Source: Tissierella sp. MB52-C2 (GTDB lineage Bacteria; Bacillota; Clostridia; Tissierellales; Tissierellaceae). From it: 64,000 nt of DNA. The translations under genes and the position numbers were made by a program. Of this stretch, positions 29,426 to 39,911 are shown one piece after another. The stretch spans positions 1,960,643-2,024,642 of the forward strand of contig NZ_CP133261.1 of assembly GCF_030931715.1 (NCBI RefSeq), written 5' to 3'. Each line of letters opens with the position of its first letter. Within the stretch, counting starts at the first letter, position 1. A model generated the notes under the pieces. That model did no database searches and had not been told where the DNA came from. It saw only the letters and a program-made list of their open reading frames with translations.

Positions 29426-30106
29426 TTATTTTACCAACCGATAGCCCAATCCCCATAATGTCTCAATATACTCCATATCAGAGTTTGCTTCTTTTAACTT
29501 ATGACGTAATCTGCTTATATGAACATTCAATGTATTATCATCTACGGTATATTCCTCTTCCCATATACTCTCAAATAAGTTGGCCTTTGAAAAGACCTTT
29601 TGAGGATGTGATAATAGTAATTCCATTATCTTAAATTCTGTAGCCGTAAACATTACATCTTTTCCATTAATAATAACCTGTTTGCTTTGTACATCCATCA
29701 TAATATCTTTATAGACAATGATCTGGTTTGCCTCTGATTTATTAAAATGTCTTCTGCGTAAGTTAGCCTCTATTCTCGCTATTACTTCATCGATATCAAA
29801 GGGCTTTGTGATATAATCATCTGCCCCTAAACGAAGCAAATCAATTTTTGTTTGGATTAAATCCTTCGCAGAAATTACTATAACTGGAATATCTGTAAAT
29901 TTTCTTAATTCATGTAAAATAGTATCTCCACTTTTGTATGGTAACATCAAATCTAAAAGTACCATATCAAATCTTTCCTTTTTCAAATGTTCTAATCCTT
30001 CTATACCAGTCAAAGCAGATACTATACCATAACCATTATTTTGCAAAGTCTTACATAATAGACCATTAATTTCTTTATCATCTTCTATAATCAATATATT
30101 CTTCAT
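29426..30106 (-). CDS. OmpR-family response regulator.
   Basis: Receiver domain (D at ILLDLMLP) plus a winged-helix C-terminus ...LRRK...GYRL. Confidence 0.88.
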   Translation of the reverse strand: MKNILIIEDDKEINGLLCKTLQNNGYGIVSALTGIEGLEHLKKERFDMVLLDLMLPYKSGDTILHELRKFTDIPVIVISAKDLIQTKIDLLRLGADDYITKPFDIDEVIARIEANLRRRHFNKSEANQIIVYKDIMMDVQSKQVIINGKDVMFTATEFKIMELLLSHPQKVFSKANLFESIWEEEYTVDDNTLNVHISRLRHKLKEANSDMEYIETLWGLGYRLVK

Positions 30107-30330
30107 TTTTTCACCTTCATCAGTTTATTATATTTATATAAGCATCTATTGACTTCATATAGGGATGCAATCTATAAATCGTCATTCCTAGTAATTCTAT
30201 ATTCTTCTCCGACTTCTTTAACTCTTAAAGAGTTTATCTCTAGACTATCCTATAGACCTGTCTATATATTATATTTCCAGCTCTCAAAATATTCAAGTTT
30301 TCCTTTCAAAAGGTATTCATAATAAAATAA

Positions 30331-30358
30331 GGAAAAGTTCTTTAGAACTTTTCCTTAT
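30331..30358 (-). terminator. Terminator after the flavodoxin gene.
   Basis: Perfect hairpin aaggaaaagttct-tta-gaacttttcctt. Confidence 0.6.
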
Positions 30359-30414
30359 TAGCTTAGATTATATGAATTTTATGCCTAAAATTCTTGTCCA
30401 TTATTTATATATTT

Positions 30415-30840
30415 CTATTCTACTATTCTTCTGCCATAATCTATACATTTACTTCCTTGATCTCCTTCTGGAGCTAAATTGACTATACATCCTTCATCAA
30501 ATACTTTGGCACCATAGGATTCCATTCTTTCAACCCAATTTCTCATCCATTCGCCGTCTCCCCAATCATAGGAGCCAAATAATCCTACTACCTTATCCCC
30601 TAGATTGTTCTTTATGGATTCAACAAAGGGTTCCATTTCATCTTCTTCAATAGTTTCAGATCCCATTGAAGGTGATCCTAATATTACTATATCTGCCCAA
30701 TCTATATCTTCTATTTTTCCTTGACTTACAGGGCATATCCTTACTTCACATTCTTTTTCTTCAATTCCTTTATTTATTAAATTAGCCATTTCTTCCGTAT
30801 TTCCTGTACCAGACCAATATATTATAGCTACTTTTTTCAT
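30415..30840 (-). CDS. Short-chain flavodoxin.
   Basis: MKKVAIIYWSGTGNTEEMA; 141 aa. Confidence 0.85.
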   Translation of the reverse strand: MKKVAIIYWSGTGNTEEMANLINKGIEEKECEVRICPVSQGKIEDIDWADIVILGSPSMGSETIEEDEMEPFVESIKNNLGDKVVGLFGSYDWGDGEWMRNWVERMESYGAKVFDEGCIVNLAPEGDQGSKCIDYGRRIVE

Positions 30841-30881
30841 ATTTTTCCCATCCTTTCTATTATAACTTCTTATGTATCCTT

Positions 30882-31172
30882 TTAAGATACTTTTATCTTT
30901 AACTGTAACAATGTTTCTTCTAAAGAGTTTTTACTACTATTATGACATCTTAATAAAGGTATGTTTTTTCGTTTAGCTTCTTTTGCGGCAGTTAAAGCCA
31001 TCTTGTGAGAAACTGTACTGGTAAATAATACAATAGCATCTGGATCACCAATACTTTTATTAAGCTTAGATGGCATCTGTGTAAAAACCTTCATCTTATA
31101 GCCGTGCCTACCTCCTACTTCTTTATATTCTCCATGCATTCTATCATGTCCGCCTACTAAAACTATACACAT
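30882..31172 (-). CDS. DUF2325-like small protein.
   Basis: 96 aa, IVLVGGHDRM.... Family assignment is from memory. Confidence 0.4.
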   Translation of the reverse strand: MCIVLVGGHDRMHGEYKEVGGRHGYKMKVFTQMPSKLNKSIGDPDAIVLFTSTVSHKMALTAAKEAKRKNIPLLRCHNSSKNSLEETLLQLKIKVS

Positions 31173-31474
31173 TTTATTTACCTATCTAATTTGAAATTCT
31201 ATTTAAATCAGATAGTATACCTCCTCTCATTAGGTAATTTTTATATTATTATGTCGGTATTGATAATCATTATCAATTGCAAGTTTTAAAAAAACTACTT
31301 CTCGCAAGTAGTATGTATTTACATATATTTATTATCTTTATTAACTTATATCGTATAATATCAAAACAAGCCTTAATTGTCAATATATTTTTAAAATTTT
31401 CTAGTTACTTTTTTTGAATTAATTTATATAAATCTATGGTAAATCATAATTTTAATGCATATCTACGTATATTA

Positions 31475-31520
31475 AAAAATAGTATTTTATTCTTTAAAGA
31501 ATAAAATACTATTTTTTAAT
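31475..31520. terminator. Perfect palindromic terminator downstream of the ydjI-like gene.
   Basis: aaaaaatagtattttattcttt-aaagaataaaatactatttttt. Confidence 0.7.
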
Positions 31521-31526
31521 ATAATA

Positions 31527-32474
31527 TTATACCAATTTCTCTCCACAATTCCCACAGAATTTTCCTTCTCCAGTTTTTTGCCCACAGTTAGGGCAGAAAT
31601 TAGGCTTTTCTCCCTTGGAAGTTTCCTTATTTTTATCTATATTTTCCATCATCTCTTTAGCTATATTCATTCCCATCATCATTCCAGCCATATCCGATGC
31701 TGCACCGCCACCCTTAACTTTTCCTGAAGATATGCCGTCTGTCATGGATATTTGCTGATATCTATTTATATCTCCTACCATACTATGGGAAGCATTTTTA
31801 TTTATCATATCTTGAATTTCCTCAGGATAATTAAAGCTCATTACATTAAATCCAGTAATATTTATTCCATCGTTTAAAACCATCATATCTAAGTCTTCTT
31901 TAATTCCTCTAGATATGTCAAAGGCATTGGCCTGGAGATTAAACATATCTTTTCCTTCCTTAGTAATCCACTTCATCAATAATTGATCAAGTATTGATGT
32001 TATTCTAAGTTTTACTTCCTCTACTAAATAAGAATTTTTCACACCAGCTACTTTATCTATCAATGTAATATAGTCTCCTACTTTAAAATTAAAGGTACCA
32101 TTTGCTCTAACAGGTAAACCACCTGGAAGTCCTAGTGTAGGAATATTTATGGCATTTTTAGTACCCCATTTTACAGTAAATTCCTTTGTATTTACAAATA
32201 AAACTTCCGCTCTCATACCAGTATTGAATCCAAATTTAAATCCCTTTAGTGTAGATAAAAAAGGTATTATCTGAGATTCAATATCGTATTCTCCCTCATC
32301 TTTGAATATTCCCTCTATTTTACCATTAAATAAAAATATAGCATCTTGACCAGGACGAATAATCAATTTACTTCCCTTTTTAATTTCCCTATTGCTCCAT
32401 TTCCAAAAAATCATATCGTCTCTAAATTCTTCCCATTCCACCACATTGGCAAATTGTCCTCTGAAAAAGCTCAT
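31527..32474 (-). CDS. ydjI: SPFH/band-7 domain protein with C-terminal zinc ribbon (YdjI-like).
   Basis: SPFH core plus a C-terminal CPNCG...CGNCG ribbon. It is the last gene of the pspA-ydjGHI-type operon. Confidence 0.7.
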   Translation of the reverse strand: MSFFRGQFANVVEWEEFRDDMIFWKWSNREIKKGSKLIIRPGQDAIFLFNGKIEGIFKDEGEYDIESQIIPFLSTLKGFKFGFNTGMRAEVLFVNTKEFTVKWGTKNAINIPTLGLPGGLPVRANGTFNFKVGDYITLIDKVAGVKNSYLVEEVKLRITSILDQLLMKWITKEGKDMFNLQANAFDISRGIKEDLDMMVLNDGINITGFNVMSFNYPEEIQDMINKNASHSMVGDINRYQQISMTDGISSGKVKGGGAASDMAGMMMGMNIAKEMMENIDKNKETSKGEKPNFCPNCGQKTGEGKFCGNCGEKLV

Positions 32475-32505
32475 CTATATCATCCTTTCCTTTTGAAATC
32501 GTATC

Positions 32506-33444
32506 TTAAAATTTACCTCTACTGCTGCTATTTGAGTGTCCTCCTCCAGATACACCTCCGCCACTACTTTTTCCAACAGAGTTTCCACCACTACTTCTTC
32601 CAACAAAACTTCCACCACTACTTCCTCCAACAGAGCTTCCACCACTACTTCCTCCAACAGAGCTTCCACCACTACTTCCTCCAACAGAGCTTCCACTACT
32701 ACTTCTTCCAACGGAGCTTCCACCACTGGAATTATTGTCTGATGGTTTTTTACGTTTACTTACATCAGTTCTCAAATAGTTATCTCGCCTATTAAGAATT
32801 TTAGAGCTTGTAGGGTCTTGATAAGTAGCTGCATTTACCGTTGTTCTTCCACCTGAATTGTAAGCCATAATCCCTACTGTTATACTTGCTATTCCAAGGG
32901 AGATTATTATTTGAAACCAAAATTCAAATAATACATTTTCAGGATTTACTCCAGGACGTATTCCCATATATTTATAAGAGGTTTTAATAAATGTATAAAA
33001 AGCATCATAGTAATTTCCTTGAGATAAATCTGGAGTGATTTTATCTCTAATAATGTCTAATCTATAATCATCTAAATATTTCTCCGCCTTATAATAACCT
33101 GCTAAATATACATCTCTATTTTTCATATCAATTGTTAATATGGCAATATTGCCATGGGGTTTATCATATCCTAATCCATTCTCATAATAAAAATCTTCCA
33201 TATAATCTACTATATCCTTTCCAATTGGGTCTGAGATAGTAAGTATTATAAAGTCTGTTTCTCTCTTAGGACTATATTTACTTGATATTTTTTCAAGCTC
33301 CATTTTTTCCTCTTTAGTCAATAGATTAGCAAAATCATATATTCTTTCCTTAGAATTTGATTCTCCTAAGGCTATACTAGATATTAAAGCAAATATAATC
33401 ACTAAAGACAATAGCCATTTTAGATATGTCCTATATTTCACCAT
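32506..33444 (-). CDS. TPM-domain membrane protein with a Gly/Ser-rich C-terminal repeat tail (YdjH-like).
   Basis: N-terminal signal/TM followed by a TPM-like domain, then a second TM. The C-terminus is (GGSSVGGSS)n. Confidence 0.6.
   Translation of the reverse strand: MVKYRTYLKWLLSLVIIFALISSIALGESNSKERIYDFANLLTKEEKMELEKISSKYSPKRETDFIILTISDPIGKDIVDYMEDFYYENGLGYDKPHGNIAILTIDMKNRDVYLAGYYKAEKYLDDYRLDIIRDKITPDLSQGNYYDAFYTFIKTSYKYMGIRPGVNPENVLFEFWFQIIISLGIASITVGIMAYNSGGRTTVNAATYQDPTSSKILNRRDNYLRTDVSKRKKPSDNNSSGGSSVGRSSSGSSVGGSSGGSSVGGSSGGSSVGGSSGGSFVGRSSGGNSVGKSSGGGVSGGGHSNSSSRGKF
32575..32725. repeat. About five copies of a 30-bp tandem repeat inside the CDS, encoding the Gly/Ser tail.
   Basis: ccaacagagcttccaccactacttcctc iterated. 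All three frames stay open, which generates the spurious overlapping ORFs in the track. Confidence 0.8.
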
Positions 33445-34466
33445 ATTCCACCTCCCATAAGTAAGGATGCAAGCTTGAGAAATACAAATACTCCCACTGC
33501 AACTCTACCGAACCAAGTGGCTACCTTAGCCTTACTAATAGGTGGCCTTCCTACAACCTTTCCTGTCTGACCATTCATAGCAAATACATATTCTGACCCC
33601 TTATAATCATAATAGACCACCCAAACAGGTAAAAGGGTATAATATGCCTGTCTATTCCTTGTAACTATATCCTCTCGATTATAATTAATAGTTGTATATC
33701 CGGATATTGTAGATCTAGCCAAGGATTTTACATATCTATGTATTTTAGATGCTGCCCTTGGAAGCAATTCCCTATGATCATAATTATATTTCTCAGCAAT
33801 ATATCCTGCTAAATAAGGAGTATTAAAATCCTTTAATTGACCGTAATTATAGGGCTCTAATCTATCCATAAGCTTATCATCCATTTTCTCTGAAGCGTCT
33901 ACGGGAACTTTCATATAATCAACATTTATATCTCTGTATACATCATAATAACTAGTTTCTGTATATATGTATTCTCCCTTAGTATAAGTTCTCACTTTAG
34001 TGCCTACGGCATTTACTTCTGCTCTGCTATTTAAATCGTATAGCCAAAAAGGTACATACATTCCAGTTATTCCCTTGACTCTATCGGCAGTCATAAAACC
34101 TTCTGGAGTCAATAATCCATTTTTACACCAAGTTTGAAAGGCTTTCATAGCCCTTTCCTTACTTATTGTAAACGGAATTACTTTAGATGGAGCTAAGTTC
34201 CCAGTCAATCTATCTAAAAGTACTACCCCAGCTCCACAGAAACTACAGTTTATAGCTGTCGTATCTTTATCAGTAATCAGTGTAGCACCACAGTTTTTAC
34301 AATGATATTCTTTACCGTCATTTTCTTCAAAGATAGTTTCTATATTTTCCTTAGGAAAGCTATCTATACCTTCTTTTCTCCCACAGCTCCCACAACTAAG
34401 CATCCCTGATTCACTATCAAAAATCATATCTGATCCACAATTAGGACATTTATAGTGTATTACCAT
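33438..34466 (-). CDS. Double zinc-ribbon membrane protein (YdjG-like).
   Basis: CPNCGS...CGSCG / CKNCGA...CSFCGA ribbons and a C-terminal TM helix. Confidence 0.65.
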   Translation of the reverse strand: MVIHYKCPNCGSDMIFDSESGMLSCGSCGRKEGIDSFPKENIETIFEENDGKEYHCKNCGATLITDKDTTAINCSFCGAGVVLLDRLTGNLAPSKVIPFTISKERAMKAFQTWCKNGLLTPEGFMTADRVKGITGMYVPFWLYDLNSRAEVNAVGTKVRTYTKGEYIYTETSYYDVYRDINVDYMKVPVDASEKMDDKLMDRLEPYNYGQLKDFNTPYLAGYIAEKYNYDHRELLPRAASKIHRYVKSLARSTISGYTTINYNREDIVTRNRQAYYTLLPVWVVYYDYKGSEYVFAMNGQTGKVVGRPPISKAKVATWFGRVAVGVFVFLKLASLLMGGGIW

Positions 34467-34535
34467 ATCTTCACCTCCATAAAAGATTAAATATTTTCAA
34501 TAGGAAAGCCGTAGACTATGCTACAGCTTTTTATA

Positions 34536-35207
34536 TTATTTATTTAATCTTTTCTTAAGTCCTGCCAACTCATCATCTATATCTGTATTTTGGTCATATT
34601 TAGCTGTTAAATCCTTTATATCATCCTTTGTACCTCTATTAAGTTCTGCCATGGCATTTGCTTCATCTAAAGCTCTGTTTGCTTTTTCTTCCATTCTTTC
34701 AAATGCAGATATAGATCTATTGGCAGAATTTACAGATGAGCCAATTTGATTGATCCTATCTTGAGTTTTAGCTACTGCCATCTTTCCTTTTATCATAGTC
34801 CTTCTAGATTCTAATTCCCCAATATCTGCAACTAATTTGTCGTGCATTTCTCTCATTCTTATGGCATTACTTTGGCTCAAATCATAGGATTCTTGTAGTT
34901 CAGCTTGTTTTGCAGTAAGCTCTGTTTTTTTCTCTAAGAATTTCCTAGCATCATCTTCATTGTTTGCCTCCAATGCCTTTATGGCATACCTTTCCATTTT
35001 ATTAACTTCTTCTGCACATTCGTCTAATTCTCTTTTTGCCCTTTGTTCTTGTGCCATTATAGATGCAGTTTCAGCCTTTACATTACCTAAATCCTTATTA
35101 AGATTTCTTAAAATTTGATCTATCATTTTCTCTGGATTTTCAGCTTTATCTAATAATGCATTAATATTACTAGACATAATATCCTTAAATCTCGTTAAAA
35201 TAGTCAT
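34536..35207 (-). CDS. pspA: PspA/IM30 (phage shock protein A) family protein.
   Basis: An N-terminal amphipathic helix followed by a long coiled-coil; 223 aa. Confidence 0.85.
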   Translation of the reverse strand: MTILTRFKDIMSSNINALLDKAENPEKMIDQILRNLNKDLGNVKAETASIMAQEQRAKRELDECAEEVNKMERYAIKALEANNEDDARKFLEKKTELTAKQAELQESYDLSQSNAIRMREMHDKLVADIGELESRRTMIKGKMAVAKTQDRINQIGSSVNSANRSISAFERMEEKANRALDEANAMAELNRGTKDDIKDLTAKYDQNTDIDDELAGLKKRLNK

Positions 35208-35476
35208 ATTCTCTATCTCCTTTTATAATATTTTATAAATATACCACCTCTACTTTAATGTATGTAGGATATTTGATTAATATCCAATTATGAAAATATT
35301 AAACAAGCTTAATATTTTCTCTCTTATCTACATAATATCATACTTTGTCATTATATATAAGTATTTGAAGTCCTTCTTTATACTGAAAAGTTTTTCATAA
35401 GATATTAGGGAAATTGTTTTGAAAATTCTTATTGTTTATCTTCTTGATTATGATATAATAAACAAAATTATAAGGG

Positions 35477-36028
35477 GTGAGGATATTGTATAGATTAACT
35501 GGAGAAAGGATTATTTTAAGAGAATATAGAAAAGAAGATTTGACTTATATGCGAAATTGGGTAAATGATATAGAGATTACACAATACCTAAGTGATATTT
35601 TTCTATACCCCCATACATTAAATAATACTGAAAGCTTTTTAGATGCATTGTTACAAGGCAATTCTAATATGAGAGGTTTTGTTATTGCCCATAAAGAGAC
35701 TGAAGAATATATTGGGCAAGCAGACCTAGTTAAAATTGATTGGATTAATAGAGTTGCTACTTTGGGAATTGTAATAGGCACAAAAGATAATTTAAATAAG
35801 GGGTATGGCTCAGAATCAATTAAATTAATACAGGAATTTGTATTTAACAGTCTAAACCTTCATAAATTAGATCTAGAAGTAAGCGCTCATAATGAAAGAG
35901 CCATTAATTGCTATAAAAAATGTGGCTTTAAGGAGGAAGGTAGAATAAGAGAGAATTCTTTTAAGAATGGAAAATATGTAGATACTATATTTATGGGGAT
36001 ATTAAAAAGAGAGTATAAATCTATGTAG
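35477..36028 (+). CDS. GNAT family N-acetyltransferase (RimJ/RimL-like).
   Basis: GTG start with an RBS. Contains ...GKGYGSESIKLIQEFVF.... Confidence 0.75.
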   Translation: MRILYRLTGERIILREYRKEDLTYMRNWVNDIEITQYLSDIFLYPHTLNNTESFLDALLQGNSNMRGFVIAHKETEEYIGQADLVKIDWINRVATLGIVIGTKDNLNKGYGSESIKLIQEFVFNSLNLHKLDLEVSAHNERAINCYKKCGFKEEGRIRENSFKNGKYVDTIFMGILKREYKSM

Positions 36029-36203
36029 CATTATAACTACATCTGATTTCTATATTCACCAATATAAACACTAATAAGTTCTATTAATAAAGTATAGTAA
36101 CCTGTGGTTTTGTTCACGCATGGACAATTTACATTCTAATAATTTATATAGCTAGTTAAGAATTAGGAATTTCAATCCTTAATTCTTAACTACACCACTA
36201 TAT

Positions 36204-36821
36204 TTATGTTATTAAATTTGAATCTATAATAACATAATTTGCTCTATGAATATATAAACTCTTTCCATCTATATTTAATCTCGTCATCTTAGGCAAATTA
36301 TCTGGCACTGTTACATATACACTTTTACCTTGGTACACTCCTATTGGAATCCCCATTTGACTTGATATAATAATTGTTTTTTCCTTGCCAATTTTATTTT
36401 TCAAATCATTTATATATCTATCTAAGGGTACAAATCCACCACCTGATTTTACATTTATATCAGTTGGAACTTGGAATCCCTCTACCATATCTAGTCCATC
36501 TTCTGCAAAAATAACTGTATTACCAACTTGTAACATCTCATTTCCATTAATGGTTATCTCCAATACACTAGATCCAAATCCTGTAGATTCTAAGTCATTA
36601 TTAGCATCATTTTCAAATAGTCCTACTGTTATTTTACTCCCCTCTACTGAAAGGGTTTTGTTAGCATAGTGATCGTATGTGGATATATTAAAATGTACGC
36701 CAATCAAATCTCCTCTTATTGTGGCAAGTTTATCTCTAATTATGGCACATCCAGATAATCCCATAATTAAAAACCCTAAAACAATTGATAAAATCAATTT
36801 GCTATTTCTTTTATTTTTCAT
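36204..36821 (-). CDS. Lipoprotein, hypothetical.
   Basis: Signal peptide with an LSGC lipobox. It is the full-length copy of a duplicated gene. Confidence 0.6.
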   Translation of the reverse strand: MKNKRNSKLILSIVLGFLIMGLSGCAIIRDKLATIRGDLIGVHFNISTYDHYANKTLSVEGSKITVGLFENDANNDLESTGFGSSVLEITINGNEMLQVGNTVIFAEDGLDMVEGFQVPTDINVKSGGGFVPLDRYINDLKNKIGKEKTIIISSQMGIPIGVYQGKSVYVTVPDNLPKMTRLNIDGKSLYIHRANYVIIDSNLIT

Positions 36822-36937
36822 GACGGTCTCCTTTTATATTATTTTAGAATATATTTATAGTGAATTAATTATTTGTTTCATTAATTTCCTTCTTAATAAT
36901 ATAATTCCTGAAAAGTATCTACTTGGTAGCTGAATAT

Positions 36938-37870
36938 CTAATCCAAATAAGTAAAAATCATATTTACTGTTTCCTCAGAAAAACTAATAGGAAAAATCTC
37001 ATTATAGTATTTGTTACCAAATATAAAATCCTCCCTCCTATTTATTTCTCCAATTGCTGTATTTCCATTTGATGTCATTATAATAAAGCTGATATAACCA
37101 TTTTCTAACCTATTTTCCGTATTAATTGAATCTTCATAATGAAATGACATTAAATAATACGGACTATTATCACTTCTCATTCTTTCATAGTTAAAAAGAT
37201 CAGTTGTTGTAATACTTTTAATCACTTTTGAATTTAATTCCATTGTGATTTTTTCTAAATCCTCAAGAGATTCAATTTTAATATTTGTGTTTAGATTTAA
37301 GGAAGTTTTCCTTGATTCATTAGCATCATGCTTATAAATTACAATGCATTCTGGAACTTTAATATTATTAAGATATATATCTCTTTTAGGATGAATATAG
37401 GATTGTCCTATATTGTATCCCACAACACCTATAATAAAAGTGGCTATTAATATGTTTGTTGCTATATATAATTTATTATGTTTTTTCTCATTTAATTTTC
37501 TTTCCTTGTAATCTTTAACCAATCTTTCAATGAATCTGGTAAATAATATTAAACCAAATGCAATTAAACATATCCAATATGTATATTTTAAATTATAGTT
37601 TCTTGATAAGATTATTTTATATAAGGATATGATCAATATCAAAATTAATCCTATTCTTATAATGATTTTAAAAATTATTAAGTTGTTTTTTAAAACATCT
37701 TTTTTTACATATTCATTTATTGGTATAGCAACAAATTGTACTAAAAGGAACACACATATATTTATAAAATATACTACCATAGGAATATAAAAAAAGATGA
37801 ATATTAAAAATACAATAATATTTAATCCTATTATGAGACCTAAAATTCTATCAGCTAAATTCTTTTTCAT
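36938..37870 (-). CDS. Hypothetical membrane protein: five to six N-terminal TM helices plus a C-terminal soluble domain.
   Basis: Hydropathy pattern only. It is flanked by the two lipoprotein copies. Confidence 0.45.
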   Translation of the reverse strand: MKKNLADRILGLIIGLNIIVFLIFIFFYIPMVVYFINICVFLLVQFVAIPINEYVKKDVLKNNLIIFKIIIRIGLILILIISLYKIILSRNYNLKYTYWICLIAFGLILFTRFIERLVKDYKERKLNEKKHNKLYIATNILIATFIIGVVGYNIGQSYIHPKRDIYLNNIKVPECIVIYKHDANESRKTSLNLNTNIKIESLEDLEKITMELNSKVIKSITTTDLFNYERMRSDNSPYYLMSFHYEDSINTENRLENGYISFIIMTSNGNTAIGEINRREDFIFGNKYYNEIFPISFSEETVNMIFTYLD

Positions 37871-37999
37871 TATAGACCATCCCTACAATATTATTTAAAA
37901 TCTATAATATAAACTATACCACAGCATCATAAATAATTCTATTTTATTAAATTTGAAAAAGACTTAATCTTTTTTTCAAAGATTTATAACCTAATTTTT

Positions 38000-38410
38000 C
38001 ATCTTCTTTAGCTTATCTCACACCGTTACATATACACTTCTTCCTTGATATAATCCTATTAAAATTCCTCTAATAAATCTAGCCTGTCTTCTGCAAAACA
38101 GCTGTATTACTAACTTGCAACATCTTATTTCCATTAATGGTTATCTCCAATACACTAGATTCAAATCCTGTAGATTCTAAGCCATTATTAGCATCATTTT
38201 CAAGCAGCCCTACTGTTATTTTGCTTCCCTCTACTGAAAGGATTTTGTTAGCATAATGGTCATATGTGGATATATTAAAATGTACGCCAATCAAATCTCC
38301 TCTTATTGTGGCAAGTTTATCTCTAATTATGGCACATCCAGATAATCCCATAATTAAAAACCCTAAAACAATTGATAAAATCAATTTGCTATTTCTTTTA
38401 TTTTTCACGG
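38000..38410 (-). pseudogene. Truncated, decayed duplicate of the 36204-36821 lipoprotein gene.
   Basis: The first about 100 codons are more than 90% identical to 36204-36821. Relative to the full copy there is an internal deletion of about 120 bp plus a premature stop. DNA homology continues to about 38000. Confidence 0.7.
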
Positions 38411-38819
38411 TGGTCTCCTTTTATATTATTTTAGAATATTATATCATAATTCAATCATATAAGATTAATATAATATTAATATCAAGATATAGGAGATGAA
38501 AATTATTGATAGGATTATGCTAATACTTTTATTTATTGTTTCATCTGTATTTACCTATAGTTATCTAGTAAATAAATTTCTTCATCCTATCTCTATTATT
38601 TATTTGACATAGTCAATTGATATATTGACAATTATGGCAAAGTAAGAATATAATTCCAATTAATATTATATACTCTATCTTCTGTAATCTTTTATGACAG
38701 CATGATTACCATCTTATGGCCCTTTTATTATAGATTATTAAGTTCTCCAGATTACTTCCATTGGCATAAACATTGCATCTAATTGAATATATCAAATAAA
38801 TATGTAATGGAGTGATTCT

Positions 38820-39881
38820 ATGCAATTGCCTTCAATCTATGTAGATACTAAAAAAATTCAAAAGAATGCAGAGTTAGTTGTAAATATTTGCAAAAAATCT
38901 GGAATTGAAGTAATGGGTATTACCAAAGGAATTTGTGCATTTATTCCAGCAGTTAAAGCTATGTTAGATGGTGGTGTGCCAAAACTTGGAGACTCTCGAA
39001 TGAGCAATATCATAAGTATGAGAGATGCTGGAATAGATGTACCTATATACCTTATTCGAATCCCCATGATGGCAGAAGTCGAAAATGTAATTAAATTTAC
39101 TTATGGCAGTCTAAATTCCGAATTAACAGTAATAAAGGCATTATCGGAAAAAGCTGTTATCCTTAATAAAGTTCATAAGGTAATTTTGATGGTTGATGTA
39201 GGAGATCTAAGGGAAGGTGTACTTCCTGAAGATGTATTGGATATTGTTGAAAATATATTAGAACTCCCTAATATTGAGTTAGAAGGTCTTGGAACAAATG
39301 TAGGTTGTTATGGCGGTGTATTACCAAGTTATGAAAACACCAAAATATTAGTAGATTTAGCCATCAAAATCGAAAGCAAATATAAAATTCAATTAAAAAC
39401 TCTTTCAGGGGGCAGTACGGTTAATTTGGATTTACTAGATAATAGAAAAATGGCTTCAGGTATAAACCAATTACGTATAGGTGAAGCAATTTTACTTGGG
39501 ACTGATATTAAAACTCTTAAGCCTATTCCAGGAGCTGAAGTAAATACAATAGTCCTTAAGACTCAAGTAATAGAACTGAAGATAAAACCATCTCATCCTA
39601 TTGGGGAAATTGGAAGAGATGCTTTTGGCAAAGCAGTAAATTTTCAAGATAGAGGCAATAGAAAGCGGGCAATTATCGCCTTAGGTAAACAGGATTGTGG
39701 ATTAGATGGTATTTCACCTATAGACAGTTCTATAGAAATCTTAGGTGCAAGCAGTGATCATATGATTTTAGATGTAACAGATTGTAAGCAGGAAATCCAA
39801 GTAGGTTCAATAATTGAGTTTAATATAGACTATGGCGGTATGCTAGACCTTACAACATCAAAATATGTAGGAAAAAGCTAA
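38820..39881 (+). CDS. Fold-type III PLP enzyme of the alanine-racemase N-terminal domain family (ornithine racemase / YhfX-like).
   Basis: 353 aa. TIM-barrel racemase-like N-terminal domain with the Lys in MGITKGICAF. Confidence 0.5.
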   Translation: MQLPSIYVDTKKIQKNAELVVNICKKSGIEVMGITKGICAFIPAVKAMLDGGVPKLGDSRMSNIISMRDAGIDVPIYLIRIPMMAEVENVIKFTYGSLNSELTVIKALSEKAVILNKVHKVILMVDVGDLREGVLPEDVLDIVENILELPNIELEGLGTNVGCYGGVLPSYENTKILVDLAIKIESKYKIQLKTLSGGSTVNLDLLDNRKMASGINQLRIGEAILLGTDIKTLKPIPGAEVNTIVLKTQVIELKIKPSHPIGEIGRDAFGKAVNFQDRGNRKRAIIALGKQDCGLDGISPIDSSIEILGASSDHMILDVTDCKQEIQVGSIIEFNIDYGGMLDLTTSKYVGKS

Positions 39882-39904
39882 AAGGCAATACCTTGCCTTT
39901 TAGC
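39877..39904. terminator. Bidirectional terminator between the racemase-like gene and nhaC.
   Basis: gctaaaaggcaa-tacc-ttgccttttagc: a perfect 12-bp stem that overlaps the racemase stop codon. Confidence 0.7.
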
Positions 39905-39911
39905 TTTTCAA

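Noticed and set aside
32346-32795. Plus-strand 149-aa ORF and minus-strand 83-aa and 68-aa ORFs over the Gly/Ser repeat.
   Set aside because: These are artefacts of the 30-bp tandem repeat keeping all frames open. The real gene is the TPM-domain CDS 32506-33444.
36679-36933. 84-aa plus-strand ORFs at 36679-36933 and 38266-38499 with identical N-termini.
   Set aside because: Both read the opposite strand of the duplicated lipoprotein signal-peptide region. Their identity reflects the DNA duplication, not a second gene family.
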